From Octopus vulgaris (Eukaryota), in NCBI GenBank assembly GCA_951406725.2, contig OX597819.1:20894001-20958000 (forward strand): a stretch of DNA of 64,000 bases, read 5' to 3'. Under the pieces are notes generated by a model. That model searched no databases. It saw only the letters and a program-made list of their open reading frames with translations, and was not told the DNA's origin. Each line of letters begins with the position of its first letter. The stretch's first letter is position 1. A program made the position numbers and the translations under genes. Positions 1 through 12,100 of this stretch are shown here, piece after piece.

Positions 1-489
1 TAATGGAACATTGAAAGAGAGAAATAGAGAGGAGGAGGGGGAGGTGGTGATGGTGGGAGGAAGGAAGAAAGAAAGGAAGGAAGGAAGCGAAGGAAAGGGT
101 TCACGGATCGATATGTATTGGTTGGCAAAACAATAAAATTCAAGTGCCAATTAGCAGTTCGATTTTCCAGATTAGATTTGAAACAAACGAAGAAACTAAA
201 CGCAAAAACAAAAAAATAAAATAAAAACAAAAACAGTAGGAAAGACAGAAGGGAGGAAAGGGGGGAGGAAAATAAGGAGAAAGAGAGAAAGAGAGAGAGA
301 GAGGAAGAAGACAAACATTTACCATTCAGGTCAATTTTTTTAAAAAAAAACAACAAAACATCGAGACAATAACACATAATAAATGGATTTATTTTACACT
401 TGGAATTAGGCTAATTGCTTCGACATCATCATCATCATCATCATCAACATCATCATCAATCTCATTATTATCTTCTTCCTTTTCCGCCT

Positions 490-523
<34 letters not shown>

Positions 524-1224
524 GTAATAATACTAATAATGATAATGATTATAATAACAATATTAATATTAATAATTATTATTACTGTTGTTATTATTAT
601 CTACTTCATTGTCAAGAGAATCTTCATCCTCATTTTAATGATGATGATGATGACGATGAGGATGATAAAAGCTGATTATTGTGATATTAATTTTAGTAGT
701 AGTAGTAGTATTAATACTATTAATATCAATATTATTTATTGTTGTCGTTGTTGTTGTAGAAGTAAGACACTAATAAGAACAAGAACAAAACGATGACGAA
801 AACTATGATCGTTAATGTCATAATTATCATCAATATAATTATCAGGAGCTTCCAACTCTCAACGCCAATTCTTTCAAAATTCCTAATCGTCATCATCATC
901 ATCATCATCATTATTATCAGCAGCATCATTACCACCGTCGACGTCGTCATCATCATCAATACTTTCATCAATACCATTAGAATCCGTTTGTAGGCAGAAA
1001 TGAGATGTTATTTCAAATATTAACTGAATATAAACGAGGTTCTTTGTTTGGTTTCCGCGTTTTGTGAAAGACATTCGACAGTTCTGTGGTTCCCGTTCCT
1101 AACAAAACGGAGCGAATCAAAGACAACTAGAACAGATAGACTATTCGTAAATACCCAAGTAATATTTCTATGAAACTTCGGCACAATACCAACAGTTTTG
1201 AGGAAGTATGAAGCCCAAAGTTCA

Positions 1225-1367
1225 ACTGGTAGTTAATTTTTCGGTCCTGAAAGGATAAAATGCAATGTCGATCTACGTGGAATTTGAACTCAGAACGTCA
1301 AAAACAGACGAAATGCCACTAAGCATTTCACCCGGCGTGATGACTGTTCAGCCAGTTCTCCTCCTTT
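1225..1367 (-). mobile_element. tRNA-derived SINE (Meta/MESC-domain-like family), degenerate
   Basis: Reverse complement aligns by eye with the SINE at 1463 (gaatttgaactcagaacg, aaatgccactaagcattt). Confidence 0.7.
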
Positions 1368-1462
1368 CGACAAATCTTCCTTAATTTTTGTTCATATATA
1401 TGTATACAAAATTAAGTTTAATATACCATACTTTGGGCCACCAACAATGTATTGCCTTTACA

Positions 1463-1853
1463 AGGCGGCGAGCTGGCAGATACGTTAGCACGTCGGACGA
1501 AATGCTTAGCGGTATTTCATCTGCCGCTACGTTCTGAGTTCAAATTTGCCTTTCATCCTTTCGGGGTCGATTAAATACGTACCAGTTACGCACTGGGATC
1601 GATATAATCGACTTAATCCGTTTGTCTGTCCTTGTTTGTCCTCTCTGTGTTTAGCCCCTTGTGAGCAGTCAAGAAACAGAAATAAGTACATCGTCTATCT
1701 TTATGATTTGAGTTCAAGTTCTTCTGAGGTCAACTTTGCCTTTCATCCTTTCGGGGGTCGATGAATTAAGTACCAGTTGCGTAATGGGGTCGATCTAATC
1801 AACTGCCCCCCCCCCCCTTATATCGGGCCTTGTGCCTAGAGTAGAAAAGAAAA
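1463..1853 (+). mobile_element. Compound tRNA-derived SINE (two Meta-domain-like bodies) with 13-bp TSD
   Basis: Head ggcggcgagctggcaga...ctgagttcaaat; central gcctttcatcctttcgggg(g)tcga twice; TSD tattgcctttaca at 1450-1462 and 1854-1866. Confidence 0.8.
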
Positions 1854-3362
1854 TATTGCCTTTACATTTTGCTGACACATTCCTAGTTAGCAACATCGTT
1901 ATATCTACTGCGTATAATAAAGTTATCCACATATAATTTCTTGAGGCCAATTTCCTGTGCATTACAAGCAGAATGTGAACCTCTTGATTATTCTAATCAT
2001 TTTTTTTTTCGGAAAGTGCAAAAAGGATTATACAGCCTCTTAGATTATAGATATCATGAAGTATCTGAGGAACCGACGTGTTTTCATGTCCTCCAAAATT
2101 TTAACATGAAAGGCTGTGTTAAAGCGACACTCAATACATATATCTGCAAAAATATGCGTTGAGTGCTATCTCTATTCATTTGTTCACTCAAACTTGTATA
2201 CAAACAGATACATCTACGGAAACATGTACATACTTTGACCTACTCTATAATTTTGTTAGTAAGAAATTAGAAATGTGTGGTTTCAAGCCTTCCAACATCT
2301 CTTAAGAAAGCCACAAATTAGATGATGCAAGAATTAAACAAATACAGCCGTTTAATTGTCATAGAAGAAACATGGTTTAATACAATTAACCTTGGTATAT
2401 TATAGGTATATTACTATTACCCATTGTATCTCTTTGATCACTAGTGGCTTTGTTTTTGTTGCAATAGTAGTAGTAGTAGTTGTTGTCGTAAAATCATAAG
2501 ACTCCAATGGTTATAATGCTGGCACACATAAGATGCACGGTTCAATTTCTGTTCGAAGATAAGCGTTCATTCCATAAGTCAGACTCTTCGTTTCATATTC
2601 CAATCTATTCCGTGGTAATATAGAACTGCAGTTTACAGTAACCGTGTGATGGTGATATCCTGGCCTTTTGCTGTGTGTATCATGAGGGATGGAACTGACA
2701 TATTCTATTACATATCGCATGCAAACGAGTACCTAAAAGAATTACTGAAGGCTCGATGTCATTTTTTGCCATCAAGATTATAGACCGGTCATACATTCTT
2801 TTGTTATTCTAACTCTTCCTTTTGTTAATGAGCTTGTTTCTTTTCTTAATATTGTTGTTTTCGTAGCAGACCCATGTAATTTTAGAAAAGGGAACCTGAT
2901 CAAATTCATAAGAAGTATCGCGGCCCTATCTATTCCCGAGGGCAACGTTTCTGGCACAACATTATCCAGTATGTGCGACCCGTATTTATGACAGAACGAG
3001 GCAATGCGATTCTGATTTGGTCCTTTCTGATAAGATGATTGGCCAGGTAGTGGTACCTCCCTTGTTGTTTAGAAGCTTACCATAGTGTAAATGAAGAGAC
3101 AGTGTATATTTAAAGAATATCATTCAAACAATGCAATAGTCTTCTTCGATGATAGTTTTCGTTCTTTCTTCTCGAGGGTTTTGGGTCACAGTGACATTCT
3201 TTGATGAAAACAACAAAATTAAATTCTTATCATTACAACTGTCGATAAAATCACATCAAATTTAACGCACAACGTACACACGGAGTGAGGAGATGCACAT
3301 AAGCTCATACATAGATAGGTACACACGTACACAAAGGCATATATATATGTATATATCTACGT

Positions 3363-3404
<42 letters not shown>

Positions 3405-3525
3405 GTGTATGTATAAGAGAGATGGCAGAGCTGCAGAAAGAAAACGTTACACAGATACATATAGAGAGATAAATAGATAAACAGATGCAACAACAGAGAT
3501 ATAACATGATACGCAGACATACGCA

Positions 3526-3603
<78 letters not shown>

Positions 3604-4069
3604 TGTGTGCTTGCGTGTCTGTATTTGTGTTTGGGTGTATATGTGAGCGCGCGTATGTGTGTAGATACACATAGACAAGACTGTGAGTATGTGAATACTT
3701 TATCCTTGCTGCAAGACAGTCCTGTTGATGTTATAATCTGATAGGTTGGTGGGAAACATCTTCCAAGACATTAATCTAGATATAAGTGAGTTTTTCCCCC
3801 TCCCTATCCACTCCATTCCCCCCTCATACTTCAACCCATTACGTTCTACCCTTCCTCCTCCTTCCATAACGAAACAAAACAAAGGAAAAGATAAAAAGAA
3901 AATGTTCATCTTAGAAACCCATCAAATATATTACGTTATTTTATTTATGTTCACGAGAACAAACTGTTGCTCCGGCAACGTATATCGGTATTTTATATTG
4001 ATTACTTATATACATTATAGATACTATATGGACACCATATCGACTATATATGTGTCTGCATATACCATA

Positions 4070-4077
4070 TATGTACG

Positions 4078-4130
<53 letters not shown>

Positions 4131-4209
4131 ATATGTGTATATGTATATATGTATATATATATATGCATATATATATGTATATATATATATATGTATGTAT
4201 ATATGTATG

Positions 4210-4256
<47 letters not shown>

Positions 4257-4457
4257 GTATGTATATATATGTATATATATGTATATATATATGTATATAT
4301 ATATATGTGTATATATATATATATGTATATATATATATGTATGTATATGTATGTATATATATATATATATATATGTATATGTATGTATGTATATGTATGT
4401 ATATGTATGTATGTATATGTATGTATGTATATGTATATATATGTATATGTATGTATG

Positions 4458-4492
<35 letters not shown>

Positions 4493-4812
4493 ATGTATGT
4501 ATATGTATGTATGTATATGTATGTATGTATATGTATATATATGTATATGTATGTATGTATATGTATGTATGTATATGTATATATATGTATATGTATGTAT
4601 GTATATGTATTTGTATGTATGTATATGTATATATATATGTGTATGTATATGTATGTATATGTATGTATATGTATGTATGTATATGTATGTATATGTATGT
4701 ATGTATATGTATATATATATATATGTATATGTATGTATATGTATGTATATGCATATATATGTATATGTATGTATATATGTATATATATGTATATGTGTAT
4801 ATATGTATGTAT

Positions 4813-4864
<52 letters not shown>

Positions 4865-5445
4865 GTATATGTATATATATATATGTATATGTATATATAT
4901 GTATATGTATGTATGTATATGTATATATATATGTATATGTATATATATGTATATATATATGTATATGTATATGTATGTATGTATATGTATATATATATGT
5001 ATATGTATATATATATATGTATATGTATATATGTATATGTATATATATGTATATGTATATGTATGTATATGTATATATATATATGTATATGTATATATAT
5101 ATGTATATGTATATATATGTATATATATATGTATGTATACGTATATATATATATGTATATATATATATATGTATATATATATGTATTTATATGTATATGT
5201 ATATATATGTATATATATATGTATGTATACGTATATATATATATGTATATATATATGTATTTATATGTATATATATAAGTATGTATACGTATATATATAT
5301 GTATGTATACGTATATATATATGTATGTATACGTATATATATATGTATGTATATATATATGTATGTATATGTATATATATATGTATGTATATGTATATAT
5401 ATATATGTATGTATATATATATGTATGTATATATATATATGTATG

Positions 5446-5476
<31 letters not shown>

Positions 5477-5575
5477 TGCGTGTGTATGTATATATATGTA
5501 TATATATCTATCTATATATATATATATTGTGTGTGTATGTATATATATATGTGTGAGTATATACATATATATAAA
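4070..5575. repeat. ~1.5-kb compound (TA)n/(TATG)n microsatellite
   Basis: Direct reading; source of the spurious Y/I/M/C/V-rich ORFs. Confidence 0.95.
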
Positions 5576-5716
5576 GTTTATGCAGATACACACACACGTG
5601 CATACACACATACGCGCAGAGGCATATGTATGTTATATGTAGTCGATATAGTGTGTATATGGTATCTATAATGTTTATAATCAATATAAAATACAGATAT
5701 AAGTTACAAATGAAAC

Positions 5717-5765
<49 letters not shown>

Positions 5766-5885
5766 CACTCTAAGAATGAGAGAGAGATACAAATGTGCAA
5801 TGGGGAACATTACAGGAGTGGAAGAGATATAGAGAGAAGCGGGAATGTGAGACATACGTAGGTAGTGAGAGAGAACGAGAGGAAG

Positions 5886-5922
<37 letters not shown>

Positions 5923-6336
5923 AGTATAAAAACCATACGAGTGGGAGTGGGGAAAAAATGTAGGAATGCCCAACTGTATTCTCCAACCTAACTCAAAATA
6001 CTAAAGAATATTCACCACTATTTTGTTGCACCAATAACAGCGTTAATGTCTTTTGACTATGGAAATCAGAGCAAGGAGCCGGCCACGTCTGAATTATGGA
6101 ACATTATCCATTATTCTAGTTGCTGCTATTCATATTAATATTATTTTTATTTTTGAATATTTTTATCATGGTTATCACTGTCATTGTTATTTATATTATA
6201 ATTATTCCATTTTTCCTTATTTTTTTACCCATATTAGCAAATCGATTTCGTTGTAAAATATATAGCTTCGTCGTTAGCGAAAATTAGATATAGGTAAATA
6301 TATAATGAGTGTGGTATATATATATATATATATATA

Positions 6337-7002
6337 TACTAACAATATAGGATGATGTCCCTTTCTCTACAGGAAAGGATTCCATCAAAAAGCGTGGCAG
6401 TATATTAAAAAAACCTTTACGGTTGATGTATAAACATCTTATAATTAAGGGCTAAAGAAGGTTATTCTAAAGCCAATACACTGATTTATGCACTTGTTAC
6501 AGGAAAATTGAACTGAAAGCGGGCAACTAACCTTTAGAAAATTTAAATTTCGTTATCTCTATATTGAATCAATTTCGGAATTAATCCCTATAAAGGGTAC
6601 ATTCTTCTTCAGTAGAGCTTACGAGGGAATATAAATAAAATACTCACATGTGATCATGGAAAAAGCAGAAGCTAAAAACACAACTACATTTAAATACATC
6701 ATTTATATCTAAAAATAAAAATTCCTTGGTCAGTCTCAGAACGACGTGTTGACCTATCGCCGCTACATATTGTAATGGTTACCGGTCCCCTTGTAACAAG
6801 CAGTGGGTTTACTACTAACAATATAGGATGAAGTCCCTTTCTCTACAGAAAAGGATTCCATCAAAAAACGTGGCAGTATATTAAAAAAACGTTTACGGTT
6901 GAAATATAAACATCTTATAATTAAGGGCTAAAGAAGGTTATTCTAAAGCCAATACACTGATTTATCCACTTATAATCCACTTGTTACAGGAAAATTGAAC
7001 TG
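6337..7002 (-). mobile_element. Hammerhead-bearing non-coding retroelement (retrozyme or Penelope pLTR-like), 476-bp unit plus partial repeat
   Basis: Direct repeats 6337-6515 and 6813-7002 (period 476) flank a type I hammerhead; the left end abuts (TA)n. Confidence 0.65.
6551..6623 (-). ncRNA. Type I hammerhead ribozyme
   Basis: Minus strand reads cgtaag-CTCTA-CTGAAGA-agaat..ccct ttat aggg..attcc-GAAA-ttga t tcaa-TA-TAGAG-ataacg. Full core, perfect 5-bp stem I, near-palindromic stem III. First stem II pair is A.C. Confidence 0.8.
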
Positions 7003-8261
7003 TGGTTGTCTTGATAAACTACTCTGAAGAATATTATTTAATTTCACTAAATTTAGATATAGGTTTCCTCACACCATTTATATCGCTTGCTATTGTGATT
7101 TCAACGACTGGAATAATTATATATTTCTTTATATTGCGAACATATTCATATTCATTTGCCACACTCCGGATATGATATCAGCTCCTGTCAGGTCATCTTC
7201 CACACTCATTCTTCTGGGAAGGATTTAATAAAGAAAATACTGAGTGTGTTGGACTAACACTGTTACCCGACTGTCTGATGCAATATCTTGCATTTCTCCC
7301 AGTTCTTAGCATTCTGTTAACAAATTCATTAGTTAAAGACATCTAGGTACGTGGTACTTCGTTATACACATACAATATACTATATAATATACTATATAAT
7401 ATGTTGAATATTGCATAAATAATATATAGTATGTAGTTTACTGTTTTGTATAATGAAGTATCACGTACCTACAATGTTTACACACCTGCCCCAGGAATGC
7501 GTTTAATATATGAATTAGTATGTTCAATAACTTAGCATAGTGGGCAATAGTGGGTTAGGTGCGTGCTGAAGGAAGGGCAATAATCTCCGAAATAGTGCAT
7601 ACACATTCATTACCTACTTTTGTGTTCGATCAAATTGTCTGTTTACCTCTGACGTCTCGATACGAAACGTTGTAGCAAACAGCAGTGCTGGCTATAAGTT
7701 CTATAGCTATAAGTTCTGTAGAAATAACCCTTACAAATTCAATAGGTTTTCATAGGAATTTTAGACATAATTCTTCGGTCTTTTGAACACCTTCATCAGG
7801 TAATCGGGCAATTCAGTGGAATCTGCATTGTGGTAAATATTAAGACAAAATTACTGTTTAAAGGATATTGTCGAAACACATTTGCAGCAGCCTCACAGGC
7901 CGTGAAAAGTGGTATGAGCACGGCTGTTTCTCTTCGCTTAACAATAATAAATCAAACAGCAGAAAGACGACACGTTTTTGCAAACACTATGTTGTATAAA
8001 TACATACATCTACACATACATATCCACCATCACAAACATGTATACACAGACACACACACACATACACACGCGCCCCCTCATCCATATATAAATTGGAAAG
8101 AGTGGCACAACTAGGTAACATTTTTTTGTTGAAAATATCTGTCGGTAACCGTTCGACGATAGGTAAACCTACACTGAATGTATAGAGAGAAAGATATGTG
8201 CAGACGGCGAATATAAAAACAAAAAATGTCGTCTTGCATCTGGGAAGAACACCAGAGAAAT

Positions 8262-8342
8262 GGACAAGTTAGTACTCGAGTTTCGGACTTTTTAGATTAT
8301 GATTTTTATCATAAAACAGATTGGTCCTCGTCAGCAAGGTCT
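8262..8342 (-). ncRNA. Type I hammerhead ribozyme
   Basis: Minus strand reads ttg-CTGACGA-GGAC..ttatgat aaaa atcataa..GTCC-GAAA-CTCGAG-TA-ctaa. Full core, perfect 4-bp stem II, palindromic stem III, weak or bulged stem I. Confidence 0.75.
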
Positions 8343-8646
8343 ACCGAGGAGACTAAATTTAAAACACCCGCTATACCAATGCCAGTATACTCGGCCAGTA
8401 ACCCCATCCATAAACAAAAGTGAGATCAGTGAAAATGTGATTCCCAGCGGTATGATAAAAAATTTTTATATACGCCATTTGCACACATCTTTGCCTCTAT
8501 ATTTTCAATGAATCTCTACCTAGCGTCCAACGGTTATCGACTGCAATTTTCAGTAAAAATTGGTACGTCGTTGTGTCACTATTTCCTATTTATAATTCTA
8601 ACTTTACAGTGCTTTATTGCACTGGAAAATAGTATTATTGTGGTAG

Positions 8647-8682
<36 letters not shown>

Positions 8683-9216
8683 TATGGTTTTAGTATACAC
8701 TCATTCACGTGTATCTGTGTACGTGCGTGCGTGTGTATGTATATATCTGCGTGTTTCAGTTCTCTTTTACAAATGTAGATAACTGATTCATCGCTTTGTG
8801 CTAATCTTTGTAGTTTTCCGATTCGGAGACAGACGCTGTTGGCTGTGTTCTTTACATATAGTAAAGCCTGTTACTAAAGCGATCAGCTATCAACTTTATT
8901 ACACTTTGTGTATTATCGCTAAATCAGAAAGACGTAATCTGTACTAAATACAATGTATATTTCTATTTCTTCTGTTTTCAGTCATTAAAATGGCGCCTTG
9001 CGGTGGTTCCCCTCTCTGGGGGTTTAGTTAATTATATGGAACCAAGCATGGTGTTTGTTCCATACAACATCTGCCTCCTGAATGACGAAAGTAGAAGCAT
9101 TCATTTGCAATAAAAAAATAATCTTCCTTATGTAGATAACTTTGCCGTTTTTACTGGATATATCTATTTACAGATTATTCTCATACAAACACATGTCTAT
9201 ATCTGTATATTTACAT

Positions 9217-9372
9217 AAGACGGCGATCTGGCAGAAGCAGTACCGCACCGCACAGATTGCTTAGCGGCAGTTCGTCTTTCCTTATGTTGTGACTACAAAT
9301 TCCGACGAAGTCAACTCTGCCTTTCTTCATTCCATTTCCAAATTTGCTGGCCTTGTGCCGGAATTTCAAATT
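9217..9372 (+). mobile_element. Degenerate SINE (same family as 1463)
   Basis: aagacggcgatctggcaga...tgcttagcggca...gtcaactctgcctttc...ggccttgtgcc. Confidence 0.65.
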
Positions 9373-9710
9373 TCTACCTATCTCTCTATCCATTCCCCCT
9401 CTATATATATATGTGTGTGTGTGTGTGTGCAATTGCTTCATTGCGAGCCTTCAAAATGTTATAATATATATATATATATATGTATATATATTTATATTTT
9501 GTTCTATTGTCATTTTACCAGTTTAGCCTGTAAAAACACACGCACTATATATTTGGTATTAATTTGCTTCAGCTTTATTTTTTACATTAATCTTAATTTT
9601 ATTTATTGACTAAACTGGCAAAATGACCATTCCTAAATACGACAACATGTTTCAACACACGATTTCAAATCAAGAATCTTACAAACAAATATATAAACGT
9701 ATATATAGAG

Positions 9711-10124
9711 AATACCAAACGAGTTCCCTATGGATACCGTATTTATTACAACGAGTGGCTTATAAACGTATCTAACGAGTGAAAGTGAGTTAGATACATT
9801 TACAAGCCACGAGTTGTAATAAATAAGGTATCCATAGGGAATGAGTTTGGTATTTTATTTATTACACACGAATAAACGACCATATTTTATTAACCCAATA
9901 ACTAAATTCTTCACGTTTAGATGTAACTTATGAATGACAAAAGTAGTGCCATCACCGCGACCTCAGGTCATCACCATGGATTCACCAATCAGAAGCAGCG
10001 CTGTCACCGTGAACTCGGGTCATCACCATGGATTGACCAATCAGAAGCAGCGCTCGCAGTATCTGACATATGCTAGATACCAAAAGTATCTCAAAGTTTT
10101 CTCACTCACATGTGTGTAATGAAT
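9711..10124. repeat. Hairpin-bearing non-autonomous DNA element of unknown class
   Basis: Long imperfect inverted repeat 9711-9854; attacacac (~9861) and gtgtgtaat (~10112) inverted pair; internal ~37-bp direct repeat at ~9966 and ~10018. Confidence 0.55.
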
Positions 10125-10134
10125 ATATATATAT

Positions 10135-10400
10135 ACTGAGCGGCCCAGAAGTAACCCAATCCTATATATTGTTAAAGGTTACAAAGAAATGCAACAGAAA
10201 TTCTTATTACATATTATTACAGCAAATGTTCCGAATGTAAAACGTTTTTTGCAATATATTTACGACATTGTTTAATGTTTGAATCCTTTAATTTTTTGCA
10301 CAACTCCGGAGTAATATCTTGCCAAGCATTTATGATGCTCTGTTTCAGATCACTGAGAGCTTTTGGTTTCGCGCCGATCACCAGATTTTTTTAAATACCC
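10135..10400 (-). mobile_element. Tc1/mariner-superfamily transposase 3' remnant
   Basis: Minus strand, with one frameshift, translates to GYLK.LVIGAKPKALSDLKQSIINAWQDITPELCKKL, resembling the post-catalytic WGYLK..VY...P....LK..I segment; ends at (TA)n. Confidence 0.6.
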
Positions 10401-10993
10401 CTCCCCAACCCTCGTGAAATTGCGGTTCAAAATTGTTCTACTTTCTACATAAAAAAAAAGATGAGAATTATACAAGGGGAGTTTTACTCAAACATTGAAA
10501 AAACATTCTACAAAGTCCCATCTGTGCTGCCAACCATTTAAGGACACACTGATAATAAGCTGCAACAAATTTAATCGTAGACCGCCTTCCATACATAAAT
10601 CGACAACAAAACTGATAGAATGTAGGTGGTGTTCCAGCATGGCCGCAGATCAGCGGCTGAAACATTACAAGAATAACTGAAGGAAAATCATGCACGCATG
10701 TGTGCGTGTACACCATAGTGTGTATGTGTGTGTGTGTGTGTATATATGCACGTGCGTGTGTGTGTGTGTGTGTATATATGCGCACGCGTGTGTGTGTGTG
10801 TGTGTATATATATGCGCGCGCATGTGTGTGTGTATATGCGCGCGCGTGTGTGTGCGTATACTATATGTACATTGCAGATTGTCTTTATTATTTTTCTAGA
10901 ACTGTGATAGAACTACAATGAAAGATATGTCAGTTCATGTTGACAGAATAAATTACAATATAAGGTAGTGGTGATGGTAGTAGTGGTAGTAGC

Positions 10994-11024
<31 letters not shown>

Positions 11025-11345
11025 ACATAAGTTTTATGTAGATAACGTCAATTTAAATTTGTTCACGTTCTGTGAAAAAAAAGAGAGGTTTTTTTGGTAT
11101 TGAATTCGGCAGGTACTTGTTTTATATCTGAGAAAATGGCGGTTATATCACAGATAAAATCACATATATATAGTTCTGCTTTATCTTATGAATATCTTAT
11201 ATTTTTGCTATACTTTTTCTACCAAAATATTCTTTTCTACGGTAGAAGTATATCACTAATATGTGGTGTATGAAAATAGAATTCCAATATACATACATAC
11301 ATACATATTTACTGACATACAGGTATGTACGGACACACACACACT

Positions 11346-11470
<125 letters not shown>

Positions 11471-11589
11471 ACAAACATGCGCACGCACATACATATGTGC
11501 TTATATAAAAACATATTTTTATTAATTATTAATTCCTATGAAAACTGAAATATATATATATATATATATATATAAAGTGGAAACACTAA

Positions 11590-12100
11590 ATTATATATTA
11601 TTTAACTCTTTGTTTTTTCTGGTGAAGGAGACCAATGATAAACTGTATTCTGGTCATAAAGAACACATCTGTCTTTCAGAAGCATTCGATCAAATGCTTC
11701 GTCAATAAAGCCTTGCATTTTATTTTGATGTATTTGATAGGGTATTAAAGGGAGACAAGGCTCGTATATCTAGTATTATTTTGAAGCTTTCAATGTCGAA
11801 GAAGTCCTGGCGGAGTAGAATTATGAGCGAAGCCATTTGGACAACACAAATAATCTTCCGTATGTCACATGTTTTGGTATTCAGAATAGGACTTATATAT
11901 TAGTCTGCGCATTATTCGCGCGGATACTTTTTTTCCTTAATTTGGCGATGTCTATCGTAGGTTTCGAATTAATCAGTTATTTGAGGTCTGCACGTATGTA
12001 TTGTTTTTTTTTATGGACACAAGCTCTGATATAATGGGTATATTATTTCAAATGCTCAGAAAGGTAACATAATTTGCAGGACGCAAGAAGGCGAATGTAT
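11590..12100 (-). pseudogene. Heavily decayed Penelope-like GIY-YIG endonuclease remnant
   Basis: Frameshifted fragments KQYI/QTSNN, RHRQIK and SNASERQMCSL resemble the YIGQT...H and C-terminal Cys segments of PLE GIY-YIG domains. Confidence 0.35.

Noticed and set aside
415-1074. Poly-H/N/D/I ORFs
   Set aside because: Trinucleotide repeat artefacts with no domain signal.
3746-5671. Long ORFs of 477-530 aa rich in Y/I/M/C/V, and similar ORFs at 16, 18-19, 47, 53 and 59 kb
   Set aside because: Stop-free translations of TA/TG microsatellites, open in several frames on both strands.
8987-8998. YY1-like AAAATGGCG motifs (also ~11133, ~43725)
   Set aside because: Short motifs without supporting promoter or transcript evidence.
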